The notes under the pieces were generated by a model. The model was not told the origin of the DNA. It did no database searches and saw nothing but the letters and a program-made list of their open reading frames with translations. Below, piece after piece: positions 10,542 through 19,793 of a DNA stretch of 64,000 nt. This DNA is from an uncultured candidate division Zixibacteria bacterium (GTDB taxonomy: Bacteria; Zixibacteria; MSB-5A5; GN15; FEB-12). Position 1 is the stretch's first letter; each line of letters begins with the position of its first letter. The position numbers were made by a program, and so were the translations under genes. The stretch covers positions 2,304,001 to 2,368,000 of the forward strand of contig OY760907.1 in NCBI GenBank assembly GCA_963664195.1, read 5' to 3'.

Positions 10542-10759
10542 TCAACGTCAGAACACGTATTCTAGTAGCAACCAAGGGGGTGCGCTGTGAGAAACGAATC
10601 ACATGTCCCAAAGAGTAGAAGCAAGGAGGAGACACCCAGCAATTGGCTGTTCTTTGGAGCTAACCTCTTTGTGATAGCTTTTCTGTTGGGGTCTCCGGTT
10701 GATCTCTTGGCCCAGAAGACGACGTTGCAGGAAATGACCATTGAGGAATCGATGAATGT
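10542..10759 (+). repeat. Duplicated 5'UTR + signal peptide/N-terminus, copy B
   Basis: Colinear paralog of 8010-8227. Confidence 0.9.
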
Positions 10760-11657
10760 CCAGGTTATTACCGCTTCCAAGCGGATGCAACAACTGGCAA
10801 AGGCTCCAGCCACAACATACGTTGTCACGGAAGATGACATTAGACAATACGGGTACTGCGATCTGAAGGATGTTCTGCAACATCTTCCGGGAACTGAGTA
10901 CGGTTTTCCGCAAATTCATATTCAGGGGTGGCAGCGAGGTTTTTCGGGAAACTGGTCAATGACGAAAATACTGATCAATGGTCGTCAAGTTAACAGTCTG
11001 TTTTCGGGTGAAGCGTTTATTTCTTCTCAATACACCTTGAGCCACATGAAGCAAATTGAAGTACTTCAGGGGCTGGCTTCGGCCTCGTATGGGGCCGGCG
11101 CCTTTATTGGCGTGATCGATATTATCACGAAGAATAGTGAAAACACGGAAGAGCAGCCTGATTTCTCTTTTGCTTTGGGGAGCGTGGACGGCGTGCCAGC
11201 GAACATCGGCAAGAAGAATACAGAGGGACTGAAGAGCCTTGTAAAATGGCGGCTCCATAGGTTTCGAATGGACTTCTGGTACAGTTGCGAACGCGCCCCG
11301 GATGATCCCGACTTCTTGAACGCGGCGAAGAACAAGTTGGGAGTCGGAGTGATTTGTGATCCTGCGAGGAACATATCCCTGAGCTTGCAGGGCAGGCACA
11401 CGGGAAAAATCAAGACCAACGCATGGGACGAGGTCGGGAATGACACGGTGATTACTATTCCTGAGTACAACTCCGTCAATCTGACGCTGCTGGCGCATCA
11501 ATTGGGTTTTGTCGCGCTGCCGGACATCGACTTGTCCCTGTCTATCAGAAATGTCTTTGACAGGAGTAATCTATCCCCCAATATGAGAGGGCCAAGCCCC
11601 AACTGTTTCCTGGCGGAGGGGAGACCTCTGTTTATCCCGGGATCGATTCAGTTGTGA
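10587..11657 (+). pseudogene. Internally deleted TonB-dependent receptor (plug plus last barrel strands only, 356 aa)
   Basis: VITASK..Q...AP plug start and IEVLQGLASASYGAGAFIGVIDIITK plug end. Sequence then jumps near 11190 to late-barrel motifs (NIGKKNTEG, IRNVFDR). Far too short for a 22-strand barrel. Could instead be a functional mini-protein. Confidence 0.65.
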
Positions 11658-11724
11658 ACTGCAAGTCGAGATTGATGGTCGTCTGTACGATTCTGAGGTG
11701 CTGTTTTGATCGGTGGGTGGTGAG

Positions 11725-12288
11725 ATGAGAGTTGCAATGACAAAACATGTTGTACTAGCGCTGTTGCTCCTTCTCATGCCGGTCTATCTTTTTCCTCAGA
11801 CCCCGACATTCAGCGAATATGAGGTGAAGGCGTCTTTTCTCGAGAAATTCACTCGCTTCATTGAGTGGCCGGCGGAATCACAGATGGAAGATGTGAGCAA
11901 ACCTTTTGTCCTTGCCGTAATCGGGGAGAATCCCTTTGAGTCTATTCTTGATACGACGTATTCCAAACAGACCATAAAAGGCAAGAGTGTGGACATTCGC
12001 TACATCTCGGACGTGAAGGACATTGACGGTTGTGATCTTATGTTTGTCTCTAAATCAGAGAACGACAGCATAAGCCAAATACTGTCTCGTACCGGAGACA
12101 AACCCATCCTTACGGTTTGCGATGACATTGGGTTCGCGAAGAAGGGGATACTGATAACCCTGTTCATCGAGGACGGTTACGTTCACTTCGCGATCGACGA
12201 GAGCGCCGCGGAACGAACAGGACTGTACATTAGCAGTCTGCTGCTGGACTTGTCCGCAGCCATGGAGGCAGGGGAGAGCAAGGAATGA
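11725..12288 (+). CDS. yfiR: YfiR-family periplasmic protein
   Basis: Signal peptide, EYEVKASFLEKFTRFIEWP, GCDLMFVS, PILTV and GLYISSLLLDL. ATGA overlap with the downstream kinase. Confidence 0.85.
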   Translation: MRVAMTKHVVLALLLLLMPVYLFPQTPTFSEYEVKASFLEKFTRFIEWPAESQMEDVSKPFVLAVIGENPFESILDTTYSKQTIKGKSVDIRYISDVKDIDGCDLMFVSKSENDSISQILSRTGDKPILTVCDDIGFAKKGILITLFIEDGYVHFAIDESAAERTGLYISSLLLDLSAAMEAGESKE

Positions 12289-15200
12289 AATCGTTTGCCA
12301 GTCTCTCCATCAAGAACAAGCTCACTCTCATTATGTTGACCGCGACTACTATCACCGTAGGATTGGGTCTCGGGCTGGCCATAATCTACGATATACGAGC
12401 AAGTAAGAGAGAGATGGTCAGTAGCACGGCGTTGCAGGCCCAATTGATTGGGCAGTACTGCATCGCGCCTCTGACATTCGGAGATCGACAAGTAGTCATC
12501 GCCACGCTTGAGAAGACTCTAGCCTTACCTGGTATTACCAATGCCTGTGTCTATGATGAAAACGATAGTCTGTTTGCGTCATTTCACACAGCACCGGACA
12601 ATGGAATCCCTGTGTCCATTGTCTCTGAAGAACATTGTGTCTTTGAGAATGGCCATTTGACAGTTCTCTCTCCGATTTCGTTCAAGGGAGTGAAGTACGG
12701 TACTCTACTCCTGAAGGTCTCCACAAGTGCGCTGGATGCGGAAATCCACCAGCACCTGACTGTCGTGATGTCGTTGCTGCTGGGTCTGATGATTCTATCA
12801 TACTTCATCGCCGTCAGATTGCAGGCAGCTATTTCAAAGCCTATTCTGAGTCTGGCGCAAACCACGAACAGAATCACTCAGGCGGCAGACTACTCTCTTC
12901 GCGTGGAGCAGCAGGGTTCTGATGAAATCGGACTGCTATACGGCAGTTTCAACGAGATGCTTGTTCAGTTGAATGCGCGTGAGGCTGAGAGAGACAGAAC
13001 CGACGAACTGCTGCGGGAAAGCGAGAAAGAGTATCGAACGCTTTTTGAAACCATGGTCCAGGGAGTCGTATATCAGAACGCCGAGGGGGCAGTCATCGCT
13101 GCGAATCCCGCCGCCGAAAGGATTCTGGGGTTGACCCTTGAACAGATGTCCGGGAGAACGTCCGCGGACCCGATTTGGGGGGCCCTTCGTGAAGACGGCT
13201 CAGAGTTTCCCGGTGATGAACACCCGGCAGTTGTTGCCCTGAAGACAGGGGAGGAAGTACGAAATGTAACGATGGGCGTCTTCAACCCCGTCAGAGAGGA
13301 GCGCGTATGGATCAGTATCAATGCGATGCCCCAGTTCAGATCCGGCGATTCAAGGCCCTATCAGGTTTACACTACTTTCGAGGACATCAGCGAACGCAAG
13401 CGGGTGGAAGAAACAGTCAAGCGCTTGGGGGAAGATGAAAGGGCCAAAAACGAAGAACTGAGGGCGGCGAACACCGAGCTTAAGAAGGCTCGCATTGCCA
13501 CCTTGAACATCATTGAGGACCTCTCTGAGGAAATCGAGCAGAGAAAACAAGCTCAACGCAGAAGTGCTCAGCTGGCAGCCATCGTTGAGTTCTCTAATGA
13601 TGCGGTAATCGGCCAGACCCTTGACGGGACCGTTACCAGTTGGAACAGGGGGGCGGAGAGAGTGTACGGCTACAGCGAGAGTGAGATGATCGGCAAATCG
13701 ATCGCCGTTCTTGCGCAGCCCGAGCGTGTCAAAGAAATCGGTCGCATATTCGAGGAAGCAAAGCGTGAGGAACACATCGAACCGTTTGAAACGGTGCGTC
13801 AGAGAAAGGACGGACGACTGATTGACGTATTCCTGACCGTTTCTCCGGTGCGGGACTCGGAGGGGACAATCGTCGGTGTTTCGACTATCGGTCGAGATAT
13901 CACGGAGCGCAAACAGATGGAACAAGAGCGCCTGGCGCATGTGCTTCTCTTGGAGTGCATGGACAAGGTCAACCTCGCCGTGCAGAAGGCCAACGATCTG
14001 GAGCAAATGATGAGCGACGTTCTCGATGTTGTGCTTTCGGTCTTTGATTGCGACAGGGCATTCTTGATGTATCCCTGCGACCCCGATGCTCAGGCCTGGC
14101 GGTGTCCCATGGAGCGGAACAGGCCAGAATATCCCGGCGTCCTGGAACTGGGAGAAGAAATGCCGATGGACACCGACGTTGCCGAGACGCTTCGTGTGCT
14201 GCTTGACTCCGGTGGTCCCGTAAGATACGGTCCGGGAACAGAGCACCCGTTGCCGGCAGATGTGTCAGAACGGTTTGGCTTCAAATGTTTTATGTCCGTT
14301 GCCATCCACCCGAAAGTAGGCAGCCCCTGGCAATTCGGAATTCATCAGTGCTCGTACGAGCGAACATGGACAGCGCACGAGGAGAAGCTGCTTCAAGAAA
14401 TTGGCAGAAGGTTGGGTGACTCTCTGACCATGCTGTTGATTCAACGCGAATTGCGACAGAGTGAAGAGCGCTTCCGAAGTTTGGTGACACAGGCGGCTGA
14501 TGCATTCTACCTGCTCGACCACAATGGAAGGATCATTGACGTAAACCAGAGCGCCTGCGCCAGTCTGGGCTACGGCCGAGAGGAACTGCTGGACATGGCC
14601 ATCATGGATATCGACGTGAGGGTGGAGAGAGACCGGCACAAGGAACGCTTTTGGGATACGCTTCGCCCGGGGCAGTCCGCTACATTTGAGGGGCTTCACC
14701 GGCGAAAGGATGGCTCCACGTTTCCGGTGGAAGTGCATCTGGGCGTTCTGGAATTGGACAATAAGAAGTATATGCTGGGTTTGGGGCGAGACATAACAGA
14801 CCGCAAACGCAATGAAGCCATCAATTTGTCACGCCTGCACTTGATGCAATATACTGAAACGCATTCGTTGGATGAGTTGCTTGAAGAAACGTTGAATGAG
14901 GTGGAAACGCTCACCGACAGCCGAATCGGGTTTTATCATTTTGTAGAGGACGACCAGGTGTCCTTGACTCTTCAGAATTGGTCAACCAGGACGAAAACAG
15001 AGTTCTGCAAAGCGGAAGGCAAAGGGCTCCACTACGCCATCAGCGAGGCGGGAGTATGGGTTGATTGCATTCATCAACGGCAGCCTGTAATTCACAACGA
15101 TTATGCCTCGCTTCCCCATCGCAAAGGCATGCCGGATGGCCACGCTGAAGTGACTCGCGAACTGGTTGTACCTGTATTGCGCGGCGAGAAGATAGTGGCC

Positions 15201-17351
15201 ATTCTGGGGATTGGAAATAAACCCGTGGATTACACTGAGAAGGATGTTGAAACCGTTTCCCTGATTGCGGATCTGGCATGGGAGATAGCCGAACGAAAGA
15301 AGGCGGAGGAAGCGTTGCGCCGTCTGAATCGTGAGCTGCGTGCCATCAGCAACTGCAACCAGTCGCTAGTACGTGCGGAAGATGAGCAGACATTGTTGAA
15401 GGATATCTGTCACATCATTTGTAACGAAGCCGGTTATCGCATGGCCTGGGTGGGGTGTGTCGAAAACGATGATGCAAAGACGATCCGTCCCGTGGCGTGG
15501 AGTGGGACGGACGGCGGCCATATTGCAAATGCAGAACTGAGCTGGGATGAAGAGAGCGAACGAGGGCATGGGCCAGCTGGGACTGTCGTCAGAAGTGGCG
15601 AATTAATGTATGTTCAGGATTTTGCCGCGGACTCACTTATGGAGCCCTGGCGCGAAAGCGCATTGCGGCGCGGATATCACTCGGGTATTGCATTACCCCT
15701 GAAGGACGAGGAAGGGGCAGTATTTGGCGTCCTCTTGGTCTATTCTTCTGAAGCAAACGCTATTACCCCAGATGAAGTCAAACTGATGGAGGAACTCGCT
15801 GGGGATATGGCTTTTGGTATCACGGTCCTGCGTACCCGCGCCGAGCGATTGCACGCGGAAGAAGAGCTGAGAGCGCACCGTGATCGGCTCGAAGAAACGG
15901 TAAAAGAGCGAACGTTCGAGTTGTCAGTCGCCAAGGAGCGGGCCGAGTCCGCTACCCGGGCCAAGAGTGTCTTCCTGGCGAACATGAGCCACGAGCTTCG
16001 GACGCCAATGAATGCAATTCTGGGATACTCGGCGTTGATGGAGCGAGATGCTTCCCTTGGTGATGAACCGAAGGAGTACCTGAGGATTATCAATCGTAGC
16101 GGCGAAGATCTTCTCGCGTTGATCAATGAGGTTCTGGAGTTGTCAAAGATCGAAGAGGGAAAGGTGACGCTGGTCACGAATACTTTCGACCTCCGGGCCA
16201 TGTTTCGCGACGTGGTCAGTATGTTTGAATCCAGTGTGGATCGGAGGGGAATACAGATTGACTCTGTCGGAGTGGACAGTGTGCCGCAGTATGTCATATC
16301 GGATGGACACAAGCTACGTCGTGTGCTTACCAATATTCTGGGCAATGCCGTCAAATTCACTGAGCGGGGCAGCATAACTTTGCGAACGATGACTGAAGAA
16401 GGTTCGTCTGGCGAGATGCGCCTGAAAGTCGAGGTGGAGGACACTGGTGTTGGCATCGCGGAGAATGAACTGGAGAAAGTGTTCGATTACTTTGAACAGA
16501 CCTCGAGTGGCTTGGAACGAAACGGCGGAACGGGATTGGGGTTGGCGATCAGTCGGGACTGCATCCGCGCCATGGGTGGAGATATCAGCGTTACCAGCAG
16601 GGTAGGTCAAGGCAGCGTCTTCCGTTTTGATATTCCCATCGAGGCAGGGCGTGAATCGGATTTCCAAGCGGTTTCGCCGCGGAGACGTGTTGTCGGTCTG
16701 AAACCGAATCAGGATGTCCCCCGCGTTTTGGTAGCAGAGGACGAAGACGCCAGTCGTGATCTATTGGTGGGACTTCTGCAGAGAGTCGGGTTCAAGGTTC
16801 GCGGCGCTGCAAACGGTCAGGAGGCGCTGGGTCAGTATCGTGACTGGCAGCCGCAGTTCATCTGGATGGATATCCGCATGCCGGTCATGGATGGCCTTGA
16901 AGCTACCCGGCTGATCAAGGAGACTGCTGGTGGCGGTTCGACGACCATCGCGGCTCTAACCGCCCATGCGCTGGAAGAAGAGAGGGAAGAGATACTCAAC
17001 GCGGGTTGTGATGATTTCGTTCGCAAGCCGTACAGTGAACAGGAGGTGTTTGAAGTCATGGCTAAGCACCTGGGCGTGAAGTATGTGTATCAGGAGGGGG
17101 CGGGCAGGTCGGGCGTGGGACGGCCGAGGGTGGTGGTGTCGCCAGAGAGATTAGCGGCCCTGCCAACCGATTTGCGTCAGGACCTTCGTCAGGCGGCGCT
17201 TGAGCTTGATACCACCAAGATCAAGCAAGTGATTGCAAGGATCAGTCAACTTGACTCGGAAGTGGGCGACGCCCTGGGCGCCTTGTCGGAAGGGTTTGAA
17301 TTCGAGAGTATCTTGCAGCAGCTTGAAGATGAACAGATGGGCGAGGAGTAG
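12285..17351 (+). CDS. Membrane hybrid histidine kinase: periplasmic (CHASE8-like) sensor-HAMP-PAS/GAF array-HisKA-HATPase-REC
   Basis: Two TM segments, HAMP (DEIGLLYGSFNEM), 3 PAS, 3 GAF, FLANMSHELRTPMN, GNAVKFT, DTGVG, GTGLGL, and REC (WMDIRMP, KPY). Confidence 0.93.
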   Translation: MKSFASLSIKNKLTLIMLTATTITVGLGLGLAIIYDIRASKREMVSSTALQAQLIGQYCIAPLTFGDRQVVIATLEKTLALPGITNACVYDENDSLFASFHTAPDNGIPVSIVSEEHCVFENGHLTVLSPISFKGVKYGTLLLKVSTSALDAEIHQHLTVVMSLLLGLMILSYFIAVRLQAAISKPILSLAQTTNRITQAADYSLRVEQQGSDEIGLLYGSFNEMLVQLNAREAERDRTDELLRESEKEYRTLFETMVQGVVYQNAEGAVIAANPAAERILGLTLEQMSGRTSADPIWGALREDGSEFPGDEHPAVVALKTGEEVRNVTMGVFNPVREERVWISINAMPQFRSGDSRPYQVYTTFEDISERKRVEETVKRLGEDERAKNEELRAANTELKKARIATLNIIEDLSEEIEQRKQAQRRSAQLAAIVEFSNDAVIGQTLDGTVTSWNRGAERVYGYSESEMIGKSIAVLAQPERVKEIGRIFEEAKREEHIEPFETVRQRKDGRLIDVFLTVSPVRDSEGTIVGVSTIGRDITERKQMEQERLAHVLLLECMDKVNLAVQKANDLEQMMSDVLDVVLSVFDCDRAFLMYPCDPDAQAWRCPMERNRPEYPGVLELGEEMPMDTDVAETLRVLLDSGGPVRYGPGTEHPLPADVSERFGFKCFMSVAIHPKVGSPWQFGIHQCSYERTWTAHEEKLLQEIGRRLGDSLTMLLIQRELRQSEERFRSLVTQAADAFYLLDHNGRIIDVNQSACASLGYGREELLDMAIMDIDVRVERDRHKERFWDTLRPGQSATFEGLHRRKDGSTFPVEVHLGVLELDNKKYMLGLGRDITDRKRNEAINLSRLHLMQYTETHSLDELLEETLNEVETLTDSRIGFYHFVEDDQVSLTLQNWSTRTKTEFCKAEGKGLHYAISEAGVWVDCIHQRQPVIHNDYASLPHRKGMPDGHAEVTRELVVPVLRGEKIVAILGIGNKPVDYTEKDVETVSLIADLAWEIAERKKAEEALRRLNRELRAISNCNQSLVRAEDEQTLLKDICHIICNEAGYRMAWVGCVENDDAKTIRPVAWSGTDGGHIANAELSWDEESERGHGPAGTVVRSGELMYVQDFAADSLMEPWRESALRRGYHSGIALPLKDEEGAVFGVLLVYSSEANAITPDEVKLMEELAGDMAFGITVLRTRAERLHAEEELRAHRDRLEETVKERTFELSVAKERAESATRAKSVFLANMSHELRTPMNAILGYSALMERDASLGDEPKEYLRIINRSGEDLLALINEVLELSKIEEGKVTLVTNTFDLRAMFRDVVSMFESSVDRRGIQIDSVGVDSVPQYVISDGHKLRRVLTNILGNAVKFTERGSITLRTMTEEGSSGEMRLKVEVEDTGVGIAENELEKVFDYFEQTSSGLERNGGTGLGLAISRDCIRAMGGDISVTSRVGQGSVFRFDIPIEAGRESDFQAVSPRRRVVGLKPNQDVPRVLVAEDEDASRDLLVGLLQRVGFKVRGAANGQEALGQYRDWQPQFIWMDIRMPVMDGLEATRLIKETAGGGSTTIAALTAHALEEEREEILNAGCDDFVRKPYSEQEVFEVMAKHLGVKYVYQEGAGRSGVGRPRVVVSPERLAALPTDLRQDLRQAALELDTTKIKQVIARISQLDSEVGDALGALSEGFEFESILQQLEDEQMGEE

Positions 17352-17355
17352 TCCT

Positions 17356-19620
17356 ATGGGTGATCGGAAACGGCTTCTGACGCGCCAGCCGGAGATTCTA
17401 GCGGTCGACGATACGCCGGAGAGCCTTCGGCTGTTGACGAGGATTCTCTCTGAGTGCGGATACCGGGTGCGCCCGGCGAGCAGCGGTCGCCTCGCTCTGA
17501 GATCGGTCGAGGCCAAGCCGCCAGACCTGATCATGCTTGATGTTAAGTTGCCGGACATGGACGGCTTTGAGGTCTGCCGTTGTCTGAAGTCTTCGACCGT
17601 CAGTCGTCCCATACCGGTGATCTTTATCAGCGCTCTTGGTGAGACAGCGAACAAGGTGAAGGGTTTCGCCGTGGGTGCGGTTGACTACGTCACCAAGCCC
17701 TTTGAAGCCGAAGAAGTCGTGGCGCGGGTGCGGACGCAGCTGCGCTTGCGGGAGTTGACCGAACATCTGGAACAGAAGGTCGAGGAGCGCACAGCAGAGC
17801 TCACTTCCGCCAACAAACACCTCGAAGAGGAAATGGCGGAACGGCTTCGCGCTGAACAATATCTTCGCCGGAGCGAGGCAAAATTCCGCTGTCTGGTCGA
17901 GACATCGCAGGATCTGATCTGGTCGGTGGATTCCGAGGGCCTCTTCACTTATCTCAACGACACCGCTACGCGGCGTATATACGGTTACGCGGCGTCCGAG
18001 ATGCTGGGGCGGCCGTTTACCGATTTCATGCTCCCAGAGCAGGCAGCGAAAGACCTGCGAGTTTTTGAGGATATCAAGAACGGCAAGGCCAGCCTTGAGT
18101 ATGAGACGGTCCATTGTCGGAAGGACGGAACCCAGATCGATATGAGATTCTGCGCGGTGGTACTGCGCGATGAACAAGGCAGCGTGCTTGGAACGACAGG
18201 CACCGCCAGTGACATCACCGGACGTAAGGTTGCGGAGCAGGAACGATCTGCTCACATGAAGTTCCTTGAGCGCATGGACAGGATCAACCGCACAATCCAG
18301 GAGGCGTCAGACGTTGAAAGCATGTTGGCCGAAGTCTTGGACGTAATTCTCGACGAACTGGGCTGCGATCGAGTATCTCTGATGTATCCGGGCGACCCGG
18401 AGAGCAGGACGTGGTCAATCCCGATGGAACGGACGAAGCCTGCGTACCCAGGCGCTCTCGCCTCAGGAGAACTGCCAATGGATGAGGACGTGGCTACCTC
18501 CGTTCGTCTGTTGCTGGAAGCGGACGGGCCGCTGACCTTTGGTCCGGGAGGAAATCATCCCATGCCCTTGGACGTCTCACAACAATTCGGCTTCAAGTCA
18601 TTCATGGCAATGGCGCTGTATCCGAAGATTGGGAAGCCGTGGGTGTTCGGCGTCCATCAGTGTTCGCATGACCGTGTGTGGACACCGGAAGAAGTGACGT
18701 TGTTTCGGGAGATCGGTCGGCGGCTCAGCGACGGTCTGACGAGCCAACTCGCTCATCACGATCTGCAGGAAAGCCAGCGGCGGTTGGCAGAGGCGCAACG
18801 TATAGCTCACATTGGGCATTGGGATCGCGATCTGATCGGCGGACGAGCGACGCTGTCGGATGAGGCGTGCCGGATATTCGCCGTCCCGATCACAGAATCC
18901 TCGATGGAGCTTTCGGAGTGGCAGGACAAATGGCTTTCGTTGATTCACGTAGAAGATAGGAAAGCGGCGGCAGCCGCCTTCGACTCAGCGCTAAGCGGTG
19001 AGGACAGCTTTGATATCGAGTACCGATTGGTGAGGCCGGACAGAGTACTGGTCCACCTGCATAGCAGAGGTGTGGTCACGAAAGACGAGTTGGGCCAAGT
19101 CACGCGGATATTCGGCACCGTACTCGACGTGACCGCAAGCAAGTTGGCAGAGGAGGCATTGCGTCTGGCCAACGACCAACTCAACGAGGATAAGCAGCTT
19201 CTGCGCGATAAGAACATCGCCTTGCGCGAACTCATGACCCAGGCGCGGGAGCAAAAGGATGACTTGGGAAGGCAAATGGCTGTCAACGTGGAGCGAGTGC
19301 TGCTACCTATGCTTGATCGAATGGAACTCCAATGCTCGCCGCAGGGCAAGGAATATGCTGGGTCGCTCAGGGAGAATCTTGTCGAGATTGCCTCGCCCTT
19401 CTACAGTCGCCTTGCCTCATTGTACGCGTCGCTTACACCCCGGGAGACGGAGATTTGTGATCTGGTTCGCAGGGGCATGAGTTCCAAAGCCATCGCCTCG
19501 GCACTGAGCGTGTCTGTGAACACGGTGTTCAACCAGCGGCGTCGCATCCGCCAGAAACTTAAGATAGCTGATAAAGAGACGAATCTAGTAACGTTCTTGC
19601 GGACGTTGGACGATGTATAG
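17356..19620 (+). CDS. REC-PAS-GAF-PAS-LuxR HTH transcriptional regulator
   Basis: GAGGAG RBS before ATG 17356. REC (VDD, MLDVKLP, KPF) and C-terminal LuxR HTH LTPRETEICDLVRRGMSSKAIASALSVSVNTVFNQRRRIRQKL. Confidence 0.9.
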   Translation: MGDRKRLLTRQPEILAVDDTPESLRLLTRILSECGYRVRPASSGRLALRSVEAKPPDLIMLDVKLPDMDGFEVCRCLKSSTVSRPIPVIFISALGETANKVKGFAVGAVDYVTKPFEAEEVVARVRTQLRLRELTEHLEQKVEERTAELTSANKHLEEEMAERLRAEQYLRRSEAKFRCLVETSQDLIWSVDSEGLFTYLNDTATRRIYGYAASEMLGRPFTDFMLPEQAAKDLRVFEDIKNGKASLEYETVHCRKDGTQIDMRFCAVVLRDEQGSVLGTTGTASDITGRKVAEQERSAHMKFLERMDRINRTIQEASDVESMLAEVLDVILDELGCDRVSLMYPGDPESRTWSIPMERTKPAYPGALASGELPMDEDVATSVRLLLEADGPLTFGPGGNHPMPLDVSQQFGFKSFMAMALYPKIGKPWVFGVHQCSHDRVWTPEEVTLFREIGRRLSDGLTSQLAHHDLQESQRRLAEAQRIAHIGHWDRDLIGGRATLSDEACRIFAVPITESSMELSEWQDKWLSLIHVEDRKAAAAAFDSALSGEDSFDIEYRLVRPDRVLVHLHSRGVVTKDELGQVTRIFGTVLDVTASKLAEEALRLANDQLNEDKQLLRDKNIALRELMTQAREQKDDLGRQMAVNVERVLLPMLDRMELQCSPQGKEYAGSLRENLVEIASPFYSRLASLYASLTPRETEICDLVRRGMSSKAIASALSVSVNTVFNQRRRIRQKLKIADKETNLVTFLRTLDDV

Positions 19621-19639
19621 AGCTGCCGAGGTTGGACTA

Positions 19640-19790
19640 GAGTTTGGTGTCGCCATGATCGGCCTGATGACAGCGATGGTCAGTCAATCTGTTTCGGAAG
19701 GGGGCGACACCCAGAGTGCCTTGTCGGGATAGCATGAATTCTGGAGCGTCTTGAAACAGCTGGAGCGTAAAGCGAAGGGCAAGGAGTGTA
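19640..19790 (+). pseudogene. Decayed copy of the 3' end of the 12285-17351 kinase gene
   Basis: Gap-free alignment to 17202-17351 (offset 2438): SQLDSEVGDALGALSEGFEFESILQQLE vs SQSVSEGGDTQSALSG*HEFWSVLKQLE, with an in-frame TAG. Confidence 0.8.
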
Positions 19791-19793
19791 TAT

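Noticed and set aside
13956..14430. Cyanobacteriochrome-like GAF (HQCS..R.W motif)
   Set aside because: No Cys-His at the bilin-attachment helix in either paralog.
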